From NCBI GenBank assembly GCA_033549025.1, contig JAWSUS010000001.1:203685-267684 (forward strand): DNA of 64,000 bases, in the 5' to 3' direction. The notes below the pieces were generated by a model. The model saw nothing but the letters and a program-made list of their open reading frames with translations, was not told the origin of the DNA and made no database searches. Source of the stretch: Desulfuromonadales bacterium. GTDB lineage: Bacteria > Desulfobacterota > Desulfuromonadia > Desulfuromonadales > SZUA-540. Shown here in pieces: positions 1 to 12,051 of this stretch; the stretch's first letter is position 1; every line of letters begins with the position of its first letter. The translations under genes were made by a program, and so were the position numbers.

Positions 1-254
1 GAGAGGATGATGACCAATGCTTCGGGGTTCTCGGCGACGATCTGCCGGGTCGCCTCGATGCCGTGCAGAACGGGAATGGACATATCCATGACCACGATGT
101 CGGGACGCAGCTCACCGGCCAGACGCACGGCGCTCAGCCCGTTGTTGGCGGCGGCGACAATCTCCATCCCCTCATGCGCGGCGAAGAGGGCTCGCATGCA
201 CTCGTGGAAGACTTCGTGGTCGTCGACAAAGAGGATTCGTATCTTGCTGTCCAT
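1..254 (-). CDS. NarL/FixJ-type response regulator, receiver domain (runs off window start)
   Basis: Not in ORF track. Manual translation MDSKIRILFVDDHEVFHECMRALF...PDIVVMDMSIPVLHGIEATRQI...; DD pocket and phospho-Asp present. Alternative in-frame ATG at 269. Confidence 0.85.
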   Translation of the reverse strand, partial: MDSKIRILFVDDHEVFHECMRALFAAHEGMEIVAAANNGLSAVRLAGELRPDIVVMDMSIPVLHGIEATRQIVAENPEALVIIL

Positions 255-280
255 AGACTTGTCCAACATCTGCTCCCGGT

Positions 281-1840
281 TTATTCCCATTCAATGGTTG
301 CAGGGGGCTTGCTGGAAATATCATAGACGACGCGGTTGATGCCCTTGACCTCGTTGATGATGCGGTTGCTGATGCGGGCGAGATCGGCGTAGGGCATGGG
401 GTACCAGCCAGCGGTCATGAAATCCTTGGTTTCGACCGCACGCAGGGCCACCACGTACTCGTAGGTGCGGCCGTCGCCCATGACCCCGACACTCTTGACG
501 GGCAGAAACACGGCGAAGGCCTGGCTGATCTTGTCGTAGTGCCCGCTGCTGTAGAGCTCTTCAATGTAGATGGCGTCGGCACGGCGCAGGATGTCGGCGT
601 ACTCTTTTTTGACCTCGCCGAGAATGCGCACGCCCAGACCGGGCCCCGGGAAGGGGTGACGCCAGACCATCTGCCGGGGCAGGCCCAATTCCTCGCCGAT
701 GGCGCGGACTTCATCCTTGAAGAGTTCACGCAAAGGCTCCAGCAACTGCAGCTTCATGTAGTCGGGCAGACCACCGACGTTGTGATGGCTCTTGATATTG
801 TGGGCCTTGCCCGTTTTCGCCCCGGCCGACTCGATGACGTCGGGGTAGATGGTCCCCTGCGCCAGCCATTTGGCATCGCTGAGTTTGCCGGCTTCCTCTT
901 CGAAGATGTCGACAAAAAGGCCGCCGATGATCTTGCGCTTGCGCTCGGGGTCGCTCACCCCGGCCAGGCCAGCGAGGAAACGGTCCTCGGCATCGACGCG
1001 GATGACCTTGACGCCCATGTTCTCGGCGAAAGTGGCCATGACCTGATCCCCCTCGCCCAGCCGCAGCAGGCCGTTGTCGACAAAGACGCAGGTGAGCTGC
1101 TCACCGATGGCCCGGTGAATGAGGGCGGCGGCTACAGAGGAATCGACGCCGCCGGAGAGGCCGAGGATGACGCGATCGCGGCCGACCTGCTCGCGGATGC
1201 GGGCAATGGCGTCTTCGATGATGTGCCCCGGGGTCCAACTGCCGCTGCAGCCGCAGATCTTGCGCACGAAGGTGTCGACGAGAATTTCGCCGCGGGGGGT
1301 GTGGTTGACCTCGGGATGGAACTGGACGCCATACAACCGGCGGTCCACGTTCTGAATGGCGCACACCGGCGCGTTATCGGTGTGAGCAACGACCTCGAAA
1401 CCCGCGGGAAGGCGCGAGACGTGGTCGCCGTGGCTCATCCAGACCGGGCTGCTGCCTTCGACGAAGAAACCGTCAAAGAGCGGGCCGGGCTGGCCCTGAC
1501 TGTGCAGATCGGCATGGCCGAATTCCCGCTTGCCCGCCGGCACCACCTCCCCGCCGAAATGACGGGACATGAGCTGCATGCCGTAGCAGATGCCGAGGAC
1601 GGGAACGCCCAATTCGAACAAGGCCTCTTCCACGGCCGGTGCCCCCTGGTCGTAGACGGACTTGGGCCCGCCGGAGAGGATGATCCCCCGGGGCGCGAAA
1701 TCGCGGATGGCCTGCAGGTCCATGTCGTAAGGATGCAGTTCGCAGTAGACATGGGCTTCACGCACCCGGCGGGCGATGAGCTGCGTGTACTGGGAGCCAA
1801 AATCGAGAATGAGTATCTTTTCGCTATGAATATCGGACAT
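281..1840 (-). CDS. guaA: GMP synthase (glutamine-hydrolysing)
   Basis: [27 protein letters not shown]-terminal KPPATIEWE; start MSDIHSEK behind GGAG RBS. Confidence 0.98.
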   Translation of the reverse strand: MSDIHSEKILILDFGSQYTQLIARRVREAHVYCELHPYDMDLQAIRDFAPRGIILSGGPKSVYDQGAPAVEEALFELGVPVLGICYGMQLMSRHFGGEVVPAGKREFGHADLHSQGQPGPLFDGFFVEGSSPVWMSHGDHVSRLPAGFEVVAHTDNAPVCAIQNVDRRLYGVQFHPEVNHTPRGEILVDTFVRKICGCSGSWTPGHIIEDAIARIREQVGRDRVILGLSGGVDSSVAAALIHRAIGEQLTCVFVDNGLLRLGEGDQVMATFAENMGVKVIRVDAEDRFLAGLAGVSDPERKRKIIGGLFVDIFEEEAGKLSDAKWLAQGTIYPDVIESAGAKTGKAHNIKSHHNVGGLPDYMKLQLLEPLRELFKDEVRAIGEELGLPRQMVWRHPFPGPGLGVRILGEVKKEYADILRRADAIYIEELYSSGHYDKISQAFAVFLPVKSVGVMGDGRTYEYVVALRAVETKDFMTAGWYPMPYADLARISNRIINEVKGINRVVYDISSKPPATIEWE

Positions 1841-1881
1841 GTTGACTCCGTATGGGGCACGAGGCGTGGCGCCTATCTGCC

Positions 1882-3390
<1,509 letters not shown>

Positions 3391-3444
3391 TTAATCGATG
3401 ATGCTATGCAATCTCGGCGGTCTGAGTCAAGGAAAAATACCACG

Positions 3445-4515
3445 TCAACTGGGGATGAACATGTTGCGGTCGGCGATGCGGTCGAGAAGCCCGACGAGCA
3501 GGCGCACCGTGTTCTCCAGATCGCTCAGGGACAGCAATTCCACCGGGGTATGCATGTAACGCAGCGGCACGCTGACCAGGGCCGCCGCCACCCCGCCGCG
3601 GGAGAGCTGGATGACATTGGCGTCGGTGCCGGTGGCCCGGGGAGCGCCCATGACCTGATAGGGGATATTCTCGTCGCGGGCCGTCTGCACCAGCAGCTCG
3701 AAGAGGACGGGATTTATGTTGGCGCCGCGGGCGAGGATCGGCCCCTTGCCGACGCGAAAGTCACCGATCTCCTTCTTGTCGACATCGGGATAGTCGGTGG
3801 AATGCCCTACCTCGATGGCGATGCCCACGTCGGGGTTGACGCCGTAGGCGCTGGTGGTGCCGCCGCGCAGGCCGATTTCCTCCTGCACCGTGGAGACGCC
3901 GAAGAGATCCACGGGCGAGCTGCCGCGCCGGCGCACTTCCTTGAGAACCTGGGCGACGATGAAGGCGCCCATTTTGTCGTCAAAGGCGCGGGAGGTGACG
4001 CGGTCGCCCTGCAGCCGCTGCAGTCCCACGGCAAAGGTGGCCGGATCGCCGACGGCGACCAGGGCCTCGGCCTCCTGCCGGTCGCTGCAGCCGATATCGA
4101 TGAACATGTTCTTGAACTTGGCCACCGTATCGCGCTCTTTGGCCTCGATGAGGTGGATGGGCTTTTTGCCGATGACACCGGGAATGCTACCGGCAGCGGC
4201 ATGCACCCACACCCGCTGGCCGGGGACCAGATGCGCGTCGACACCGCCGATGGGGCCGAAATAGAGGAAACCGTTGTCGTCGATATACTTGACCATCAGG
4301 CCGATTTCGTCGCAGTGGCCGGCCAGCATGACACGCGGAGCATCCTCCCGGCTGGCCCGCACGCGCGCCATGACATTGCCCATGACGTCGGTTTCGACGG
4401 TATCGGCTACGTCCGCCAGCTCCTGGCGGAAAACCCGCTGGGCCGGCTGTTCGAACCCGGAAGGACTGGGGGCTTCGACAAATCGCTTGAAAAAATCAAA
4501 ATCCTGCTCGTTCAT
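3445..4515 (-). CDS. M42 family metallo-aminopeptidase
   Basis: PSPSGFE, GHCDEIG, AFDDK, QEEIG, GTDA, RYMHTPVE; start trimmed to MNEQDF. Confidence 0.92.
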   Translation of the reverse strand: MNEQDFDFFKRFVEAPSPSGFEQPAQRVFRQELADVADTVETDVMGNVMARVRASREDAPRVMLAGHCDEIGLMVKYIDDNGFLYFGPIGGVDAHLVPGQRVWVHAAAGSIPGVIGKKPIHLIEAKERDTVAKFKNMFIDIGCSDRQEAEALVAVGDPATFAVGLQRLQGDRVTSRAFDDKMGAFIVAQVLKEVRRRGSSPVDLFGVSTVQEEIGLRGGTTSAYGVNPDVGIAIEVGHSTDYPDVDKKEIGDFRVGKGPILARGANINPVLFELLVQTARDENIPYQVMGAPRATGTDANVIQLSRGGVAAALVSVPLRYMHTPVELLSLSDLENTVRLLVGLLDRIADRNMFIPS

Positions 4516-4544
4516 AAAAAACCTCACTTTTTAGGCTTCAGGTC

Positions 4545-5219
4545 TCACTCACCATTTCTGACGGCCATCACCCCCAGGGCCTTGCGCACCAACTGGTCAC
4601 TGTTGCGGCGGGCCTGTTCAAACTGCTCTTCGGTCAGGCCGGCACCCAGGGCAATCTTGCGGGCCATGGCCAGAGGCGTCAGATCTCCCGGCGCGTGGCT
4701 GTCCGTATTGACCACCAGAGGCGCGCCCTGTTCCAGAGCCAGACGGGCGACATGACCATTGGTCAGGCTGTGCCCCTTGCGGGTGGTAATTTCCAGACAG
4801 ATACCCCGGCGGGCCGCCAGCGTGGCCTCTTCGGCTGTGATCAGGCCGGGATGGGCCAGAATGTCGACGTCTGCCTCCAGAGCCGCGCGGTTGGTACCGG
4901 GCGCGACCGGCTCGACGATCGTTTCGCCATGGCAGACGACAATCTGGGCACCGAGGCGACGGGCCTCCTGCACGGCGGTCAGAATCATGGGCGGTGGCAC
5001 GTGGGTCAATTCGATGCCGGCCAGCACGGTAAAGCCCCAAGCCTTGCCCAGGTCGGCAGCGACGCGGACAAGACGGGGGATGATGAGATCCATATTGGAA
5101 AAATCGCCATGGTCGGTGATCGCCAGGGCGCGATAGCCAGCGACGGCCGCCCGCCGGGTCAGTTCGGCAGGAATCAGTTCGCCGTCGCTGTAGATGGAAT
5201 GGGTGTGCAGATCGATCAC
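4545..5219 (-). CDS. PHP-domain phosphoesterase (histidinol-phosphatase-like)
   Basis: DLHTHS, ITDH, AHPG, NTDSH metal-binding motifs. Confidence 0.9.
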   Translation of the reverse strand: MIDLHTHSIYSDGELIPAELTRRAAVAGYRALAITDHGDFSNMDLIIPRLVRVAADLGKAWGFTVLAGIELTHVPPPMILTAVQEARRLGAQIVVCHGETIVEPVAPGTNRAALEADVDILAHPGLITAEEATLAARRGICLEITTRKGHSLTNGHVARLALEQGAPLVVNTDSHAPGDLTPLAMARKIALGAGLTEEQFEQARRNSDQLVRKALGVMAVRNGE

Positions 5220-5221
5220 GA

Positions 5222-6676
5222 TTAATCCTTTTCAATAGACTGTCGAAAGGGCGCCGCCAGCTGCTGGAGACAGCGAAGCAGGCTCTGACGCCGGTTGTCG
5301 GTCAGGGCGGTGGAATCGAAAGGGAGAACCTGAACCCCGAACCGCCCGGTGAAGAAGCGCTCCGCCTCAGTAAAATCTCCTTCGCCGTCAAGAACGATGA
5401 CGCCGAAAAGACGGCGAGCGAAAGAATGCCACAGGGGAGTTGCGTTGGCCAATGAGGGAAGCGCAACGAGCCTGAGATAAAAGGCCTCATTGAGGTTGAG
5501 GCGACCGGCGTCGCCCAGAGGCAGCCCTTCCCCCAGATCGAGAAATTCCCGGCGCGCCTCGAACTCCTCCAGCCCCTGCAACGCCTGCAGAAAGCTGACT
5601 ATCCTTTGTTGCGAACGGGCCAGCAGAATCAGCTTGCCACTGGCGCGTTCGGGAAGCGTATCGGCCGGCACCAGACGATTCCTGACCGCCAGAACATCCT
5701 CGCTGCTGAGCAGGGGTTGACCGGCCGTCTTGGCAGCAGCGGAAGACCGCACCTCGATCAGACCGCGATCCAGGAGGCCCTGGAGAATCTGCAACACCTC
5801 AAAGTCGGGCCGCGAGCAATGGTCGACGAGATCACCGCAGCGCGGGTAGTAAGCGAGCAGATCGAGGATTTCCCAGGTGACGGGCCGCAGATCTTCGGAT
5901 ATCCGCTGCCGAGGCACTTTCAAACCCAGCAGAAGATCGGGCGCCGGCAGGGATTGCCTTTGCTGCACCAGTTCATCGTTCTGCCGAAGACCCTCCATAA
6001 GGAGATGATCCATGGGCAAATGGATACTGGCTTCCACATCGACCCGGGTGGGTGAAAAAGCAAAGCGGCCATCACCCCAAGTGAGCAGACGATAAAAAGC
6101 TTTTTCACCGCTGACCTGCCCGGTTTGCGCATGAATGACGCAGCCGTCCAGCAGATAGATCGTCCCTTGGCCCTGCGGGCGAGTAAGGGTCAGAACGCCC
6201 TCTTTCTGATTGAGACTCAGAACCTGAAGGAGATCAATCAGCGACAGCCGGCTGAGGCTCCCTTCAAAGTCGGTCTTCTTGCGGCTGACTTGGCGGGCCT
6301 GACCGGCCCGGCGAAAGAACGCGTGAATATCGGCCAGCAGCTGCTCGGCGTTGAAAGGACACGGGACAAAACGATCTTTGTGCCGCCGGAAGCCATCGAC
6401 ATTTTCTCCCTCTTTACCGACATAGAAGATCGGAATTCCCTCGGTGCGACCGTTTCCCCGCAACAGCTGGCCGAAACGGCTGGCTGAAAGCCCCGGCAGC
6501 CGGGTATCGACCAGGATAAGCTCCGGCGGCGTCTTCAGGGCCTGTTCCAGGATTCTGGCACTGTCCCCGTCACATGTCACCTGGTAGCCCTGCTGTGACA
6601 GCAGAGGGACCAGGGGAGAAAGGTCGTCCGCGGACGAGGCAATCAGGATTTGGGCGGTCGGAGAGGCCATGGTCAT
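5222..6676 (-). CDS. Atypical response regulator with DUF4388/PATAN domain and C-terminal GTPase-like region
   Basis: Receiver-like N-terminus (LILVDTRLPG); FEGSLSRLSLIDLLQVL...G.IYLLDG.VIHA..GEKAFYRLLTWGDGRFAF is DUF4388-like. Confidence 0.8.
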   Translation of the reverse strand: MTMASPTAQILIASSADDLSPLVPLLSQQGYQVTCDGDSARILEQALKTPPELILVDTRLPGLSASRFGQLLRGNGRTEGIPIFYVGKEGENVDGFRRHKDRFVPCPFNAEQLLADIHAFFRRAGQARQVSRKKTDFEGSLSRLSLIDLLQVLSLNQKEGVLTLTRPQGQGTIYLLDGCVIHAQTGQVSGEKAFYRLLTWGDGRFAFSPTRVDVEASIHLPMDHLLMEGLRQNDELVQQRQSLPAPDLLLGLKVPRQRISEDLRPVTWEILDLLAYYPRCGDLVDHCSRPDFEVLQILQGLLDRGLIEVRSSAAAKTAGQPLLSSEDVLAVRNRLVPADTLPERASGKLILLARSQQRIVSFLQALQGLEEFEARREFLDLGEGLPLGDAGRLNLNEAFYLRLVALPSLANATPLWHSFARRLFGVIVLDGEGDFTEAERFFTGRFGVQVLPFDSTALTDNRRQSLLRCLQQLAAPFRQSIEKD

Positions 6677-6677
6677 C

Positions 6678-8525
6678 CTAGATCAGAGCTTGCAGACGGT
6701 ACTGCTCCTGGAGTTTGGCAATCAGGTTTTCGACAAAAAAGAAGTCGCAGCTGTGAAAACCGGCCACTTTGCCCTCAGCCTGCCGGGTAAAGAGGGCATA
6801 GGCATGGTCTTCGTTGAGGTAAAGCAGAAAATCGACCTGCGAAAAGCGCGGGTCGTCGATGTAAATGGGATGGATGCGCTGGTAGTCCCAGGTGACCCGC
6901 CCCGCGCCCCCTAAGAGGAAAAGGGAGGTCGCCGACTGCTCAAGGCCATCGATTTGACCAAGGGCTTGGCGGGCGGCCTCAAAATCAGCACATCCCCGGT
7001 AAACGATGCCTCGCACCCGGTTCGATTCGACCACCTCGCGGCAAAAGGCCTCCATCAGCGCATTCACCCGGTCGCGATCCAAACAAAAAGGGCTGCTCTC
7101 CGTATTGGATGTAACGGTGACAGAGGACTTTTGATCGAGCAAGCCGTCGACGATATCCCAGAAGGAGAGCGATTCCATGTCGGCGCGCCGGAAAAGGCTG
7201 TCGGGCAGCTGGGCGATGTTTTTTTCCACCGTGGCACGAAGAGCGGCAAAAGAGGTGCCATCGACAGGAAAGGAAGCGGAACGCATGTACACGTCCAGAT
7301 CGACCTGTTTTTTCGGTCCGACCACGCAGAGCTGCCCGGCCAGCGCCTTGCGGATGCGTTTCTGGGCCACCAGCGCCCCCCAGTAGTCCGTTTCGGGCAG
7401 CAGAATAAAATACTGATCGGGCGATTCCATGGCCAGAATGTCGGCATCCCGCAGGACGGACTGCACGGTGTCAGCCAGACGCTCCACCACGTCACCGAGC
7501 TCCCGATCGAGAAACCGGCAGGCGACCTCCCGGTAATTGGCGACAACCAGCTTGATCAGCGACAGGTTTCGGCCATAGCGGTCGCAGCGCCGCAATTCAC
7601 GCTCGAGGGTGTCGGTAAAAAAGGCCATGGTGTAGCCGCCCCCCGGCCGCACCCGAAAACATTGTCGGTCAAAACGACGACGCTGCAGGCTGCCGGCAAG
7701 GGCGCTGGCAGCGAACTCGCCGACGGCATCGGCAACAGCCTGATCCTCACGGCTGAAGTCGGGCCTCTGCACAGGGCGCTCTACCCGAACAAAGGCCAGA
7801 GGCTCCACGCCGGCTAGCAGGGGGAGCCAGAGAGCGGCGCCATGATCCATAGTGACCGCCTTGCCCCCGTGAATAAGCCGGCGTTCTACTTCGTTGGGGC
7901 GAAAGACCTCATCCCCTGCCGGGGGAACGGAGCGCCCACGACCGCTCTGTAAGCGATATTGCCGACCACCGTCCTCGGCCAGCCAGAGGACGGCTCCTTG
8001 CGCTTTAAGCAACTCCATGAGGGTGTCGAGAATCAGATCGCCCAGACGATCCGGATCATTCACCTTCAAAAAAACGAGACATTTGCGATACGCCAGGAGA
8101 ATGGAGAGAAATTCGAGATTTTCGCTGAACAGCTTGGTCCGCTCGACGTGGAGCGCTTGCCGGAAGAGGACGCGGTTGATGAGCAGAAGGAATTCCTCGG
8201 CATTGACCGGCTTGAGAATATAATCGGCGACGCCACGCTTCATGGCTTCTACGGCCAGGGTCACGTCATGCTGGGCCGTTACCACGATCACTTCCTGTTC
8301 CGGATACAGCCGCTTGATAGCCTCCGTGGTCTCGACACCGTTCATACCCGGCATTTCCATATCGGTGATGACCAGATCGAAGCCCTTCTCCTCACGGAGG
8401 ATATCCAAGGCCTCCTCGCCGCTAGCGGCCACACGAACCTCGTAACCCTCGTTGCTCAGAAGGTCCCGGTAAAATTCGCGGAAGAATTTTTCGTCGTCTA
8501 TAGCGAGAAGTCTGCCTTTGGCCAT
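6678..8525 (-). CDS. Response regulator with GAF-like region and degenerate GGDEF domain
   Basis: LAIDDE..ITDMEMP..ILKP receiver; LERELRRCDRYGRNLSLI..LRDADILAMESPDQYFILLPET GGDEF fold lacking the signature. Confidence 0.8.
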   Translation of the reverse strand: MAKGRLLAIDDEKFFREFYRDLLSNEGYEVRVAASGEEALDILREEKGFDLVITDMEMPGMNGVETTEAIKRLYPEQEVIVVTAQHDVTLAVEAMKRGVADYILKPVNAEEFLLLINRVLFRQALHVERTKLFSENLEFLSILLAYRKCLVFLKVNDPDRLGDLILDTLMELLKAQGAVLWLAEDGGRQYRLQSGRGRSVPPAGDEVFRPNEVERRLIHGGKAVTMDHGAALWLPLLAGVEPLAFVRVERPVQRPDFSREDQAVADAVGEFAASALAGSLQRRRFDRQCFRVRPGGGYTMAFFTDTLERELRRCDRYGRNLSLIKLVVANYREVACRFLDRELGDVVERLADTVQSVLRDADILAMESPDQYFILLPETDYWGALVAQKRIRKALAGQLCVVGPKKQVDLDVYMRSASFPVDGTSFAALRATVEKNIAQLPDSLFRRADMESLSFWDIVDGLLDQKSSVTVTSNTESSPFCLDRDRVNALMEAFCREVVESNRVRGIVYRGCADFEAARQALGQIDGLEQSATSLFLLGGAGRVTWDYQRIHPIYIDDPRFSQVDFLLYLNEDHAYALFTRQAEGKVAGFHSCDFFFVENLIAKLQEQYRLQALI

Positions 8526-8618
8526 ATGCTCACAGAGGACTGCTGGCTTTTCAGACGTGGTCTTTCAGGGTTGCAAAAAGATCGGACGGCTGGTCAAAGG
8601 CCGAGCCGTCCGGATTCT

Positions 8619-9950
8619 TCAGGAAACCTGCAGGTCGCCTAGATGGGAATTTTTATACACGCGCTTGATGCGGACCGGCACGATCTGGCCGATCAGGTCG
8701 CGGCTGCCATGAAAGTTGACAATGCGGTTCCAGGTCGTGCGGCCGAAAAGCTGCCCGCCGCCCTGGCGGCTTTCCCCTTCGACCAGCACATCGAGCACGT
8801 TGCCCTGATCGGCCGCCCAGATCGAGGCGGAGGCCGACTCCTGCAGCGTGATGAGGCGCCCGAAGCGCTGCTGCTTGATCTCCGGGGTCAGATCGTCTTT
8901 GAGCTTGGCGGCGGCGGTTTCGGGGCGGCTGGAATAGAGGAAGGAGAAGACGTCGGCGTAGCGCACCTCCTCCATGAGCGACAGGGTATCGGCGAAATCG
9001 GCTTCGCTCTCTCCGGGAAAACCGACAATGATATCGGAGGTGATGCGAATCTCGGGACAAACTTCCCTGAGGCGGCGGACGATGCGCAGGTACTGTTCCC
9101 GGGTGTAGCCCCGGTTCATGCTGTGGAGGATGCGATCGGAACCGCTCTGTACCGGCAGATGCAGGTGCCAGCAGAGCTTGTCGAGAGCGCCGAAACAGTC
9201 GATCAGCTCGTCGGACAGATCTTTGGGATGCGAGGTGGTAAAGCGGATGCGCTCGATCCCCTCGATCTCCTGAACGCGGTGCAGCAGCTGGGCGAAGGAA
9301 ATTTCGCCCTCTTCCTTGCGCCCATAGGAATTGACATTCTGGCCGATCAGGGTCACCTCGCGCACACCCTGCCCAGCCAGATGCCGGACCTCGTCGAGAA
9401 CCTCGGCACTGGGGCGGCTGACCTCGCGTCCCCGCACATAAGGAACGATACAGTAGGAGCAGAAGTTGTCGCAGCCCTGCATGACGGTAACGAAACGGCT
9501 GACCGACTCGCCCGGAGCACGGTCGGGAAAGAGACGCAACCGGGTGTCGCGGTCGAGAAATTCCGTTTCGAGACAGCGGGCGCGATTCTCTTCCACATCC
9601 CGCACCATGTCCGGCAGCTTGTGCACATTATGGGTGCCGAAGACCAGATCGAGATAGGGCAGCTTGTCGAGCAGGCGCTGCCCTTCCTGCTGGGCGACGC
9701 AGCCGCCGACACCGATGATGAGGGCAGGGTTTTCTTCCTTGATGGGCTTGAAGCGCCCCAGATGTCCATAGACCTTGCGTTCGGCCTTGTCACGGATGGA
9801 ACAGGTGTTGAGCAGCACCAGATCGGCGCTTTCGGGCGCTTCGACCTGCCGGTAGCCGATCCCTTCCAGCAGAGCGACGATCCGCTCCGAGTCCACCACG
9901 TTCATCTGGCAGCCGAACGTTTCGAGATAAAAGCGTTTTTCCAAAGTCAC
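8619..9950 (-). CDS. miaB: tRNA-i6A37 methylthiotransferase
   Basis: TFGCQMN, NTCSIR, GCDNFCSYC radical-SAM motif, C-terminal TRAM domain; GTG start. Confidence 0.96.
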   Translation of the reverse strand: MTLEKRFYLETFGCQMNVVDSERIVALLEGIGYRQVEAPESADLVLLNTCSIRDKAERKVYGHLGRFKPIKEENPALIIGVGGCVAQQEGQRLLDKLPYLDLVFGTHNVHKLPDMVRDVEENRARCLETEFLDRDTRLRLFPDRAPGESVSRFVTVMQGCDNFCSYCIVPYVRGREVSRPSAEVLDEVRHLAGQGVREVTLIGQNVNSYGRKEEGEISFAQLLHRVQEIEGIERIRFTTSHPKDLSDELIDCFGALDKLCWHLHLPVQSGSDRILHSMNRGYTREQYLRIVRRLREVCPEIRITSDIIVGFPGESEADFADTLSLMEEVRYADVFSFLYSSRPETAAAKLKDDLTPEIKQQRFGRLITLQESASASIWAADQGNVLDVLVEGESRQGGGQLFGRTTWNRIVNFHGSRDLIGQIVPVRIKRVYKNSHLGDLQVS

Positions 9951-10036
9951 GCGATCAACAATCCTTCGGGAAATAGGTGTCCGGGATGGTAATCAATCGA
10001 ACCGTCAAATGTCAAACGCTAAAACGCAAAAGGGAC

Positions 10037-10513
10037 TCAGCCCCTATCTGCGCCACGTTCACACAGGGGCTCGAGCAAGGTTGTAAGCGTTTCGGGATGT
10101 TCGAGGCAGAAAAGCCGTCGAGGACGCGCGTCAGGGTGAAAGTACAATCTCACGCTAGCGAGCTGGGAGCCATGCCGATCCATCCTGAAGTCGGCGAGGT
10201 CGGCAAGCTCCCGCGCACTGTGGTCACACAGCAGGCCGCCGCGCCAGTGCAGACGGCGATCCGTCAGGATGTAGTCGACGCGCCCCCAGAGGCACCGGTT
10301 AAATACCGGCAGCCCGACGGTCAGCAGCAGCCCTGCGAGCAGCGGAAAAAGGCTCAACCAAATGGGCCAAAAAGGCCATCCGGCCAGGCCGAGACAGATA
10401 AGTAGCACGCCCAACCAGTTCAGGCGCCAGTGCCGAAAGGTATAGCAGCGGGGAGCCGGACGGCCTCGCCAGAGAATCTGCTCGCCCTCGTACAACGGGG
10501 GTTGCCAGCTCAC
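10037..10513 (-). CDS. Membrane protein with bacterial PH-like domain
   Basis: GEQILWRGRP start, two hydrophobic helices, YILTDRRL; 4-nt overlap with upstream gene. Confidence 0.65.
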   Translation of the reverse strand: MSWQPPLYEGEQILWRGRPAPRCYTFRHWRLNWLGVLLICLGLAGWPFWPIWLSLFPLLAGLLLTVGLPVFNRCLWGRVDYILTDRRLHWRGGLLCDHSARELADLADFRMDRHGSQLASVRLYFHPDARPRRLFCLEHPETLTTLLEPLCERGADRG

Positions 10514-11823
10514 TGCCTCCCACCCAGAGCCTGTATCCGTCCGGCAGCCGCCTGGCCGAGCTTGCCCTGAGGATCGGCCTTGGCGACCGCCTGGTAAAGT
10601 TCCAGAGCCTTGGCGGTCTGCCCCGTCTTCTCGTAAGCCTCCGCCAGCAGATAGGCCCCCTGCAGACCGGGCATCAGTTCCATGGTCTTTTCCAGCTCCG
10701 CAACGGCAGCCTGGTTTTCGTTACGCTGGAGATAGACGTAACCCAGCCCCATACGCGATTCATAGTAGTTGCCATCGAGGCGGATGGCTTCCTGCAGGTA
10801 GCGCCGGGCCGGCGCCAGATCGCCCATGCGCAGCGAGGCCAGTCCCAGACCGGTGTAGATGAGGGCTTCCCCCGGCGCCGCGTCCAGAGCCTGCAGATAG
10901 GTCTCGATGGCGGCGGGCATATTGTTCTGGGCTTCAAGCTGCTGGGCGGCGTCATAGAGTTCATAGGCTTTTTTCTTGGCGCGGATGCCGACCGTGGCCT
11001 TCAGGAAGGGGTCTTCCCGGAAGGAAAAATCACCGGCCGTCAAGGTAGCGGCGTAGTGCGAGCGCACATAATCCTGGTTGGCGAGCATACGCTCCTTGGA
11101 AAAAGGGTGGGTGCGAAAGAGGCCGCTAAGCCACATGGGCTCGGAACTCCCCTCGATTTGGCGGTAGAAGAATTCCTGCAGCTGCACGCTGCCCAGCGGG
11201 TTATAGCCAGCCCTGACCATGTAATCGATCCCCAGGCGGTCGGACTCGCGCTCCTGTTCACGGCTGTAGGAGCTGTCCAGCAGTTGGGCGGCGATCTGCC
11301 CCGCCTGCTGGGCCGCAGGTCCGTACGCGGACTGTCCTGTCACGCCGGAGAGCACGGCCATGCCCACGCCCAGCAAGGTGCCGCGCTGCATCCCCGACAC
11401 GGAATGACGAGCCGTCACATGCCCGATCTCATGCCCCAGCACGGCGGCCAGCTGGGCCTCGTTTTCCAGCTCTACCAGCAGGCCGCGGGAGATGGCGATA
11501 TACCCCCCGGGCAAAGCGAAGGCGTTGGGAGAGGAATCGTTCACCACCTTGAACTGATAGGGCAGCTCGGGGCGCTCGCTGTAGCGACCCAGCTTGGCGC
11601 CAACCTCCTGAACATAACGGCCCAGAGCCGGATCGGGATACTCCCCTTTCATCTGCTGAACAACCTGGGGATAGCTTTTTTGGCCCATGGCGATTTCCTC
11701 TTCGGTCGAAACCTGAAAAAGGGCCAGCTCTTTTTTGCCGGTGACGGGATTGACGGCACAGCCGCCCAGCACCAGGGAAAACAGCAGCGAGAGAAGAATA
11801 ACCGTGTGGATGAGCGGTTTCAT
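10510..11823 (-). CDS. M48 family metalloprotease lipoprotein with TPR repeats (BepA/YfgC-like)
   Basis: Lipobox LGGC, NAFALPGG, HEIGH zinc motif, YSREQE, THP, C-terminal TPRs. Confidence 0.92.
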   Translation of the reverse strand: MKPLIHTVILLSLLFSLVLGGCAVNPVTGKKELALFQVSTEEEIAMGQKSYPQVVQQMKGEYPDPALGRYVQEVGAKLGRYSERPELPYQFKVVNDSSPNAFALPGGYIAISRGLLVELENEAQLAAVLGHEIGHVTARHSVSGMQRGTLLGVGMAVLSGVTGQSAYGPAAQQAGQIAAQLLDSSYSREQERESDRLGIDYMVRAGYNPLGSVQLQEFFYRQIEGSSEPMWLSGLFRTHPFSKERMLANQDYVRSHYAATLTAGDFSFREDPFLKATVGIRAKKKAYELYDAAQQLEAQNNMPAAIETYLQALDAAPGEALIYTGLGLASLRMGDLAPARRYLQEAIRLDGNYYESRMGLGYVYLQRNENQAAVAELEKTMELMPGLQGAYLLAEAYEKTGQTAKALELYQAVAKADPQGKLGQAAAGRIQALGGRQ

Positions 11824-12051
11824 GGCAGAGGACCTCCTTGTCGCAAGATATCCATGGAAATTTAAATATTAATGCGGATATTCCAGTCATGCAACCCTTC
11901 AATCGCAAGGAGGTCTGCTCCGAAGCACCCGCGGCAACCCAATATTTTTTTCTGGCTTTTACTGAAAACATCCCCTACAATTGGAGGGTTTTCCCGTCAG
12001 CCGCAATCAAAGAGAGTCGCAGAACTCAAAAGAGGAGTCACAGAGAATCGT

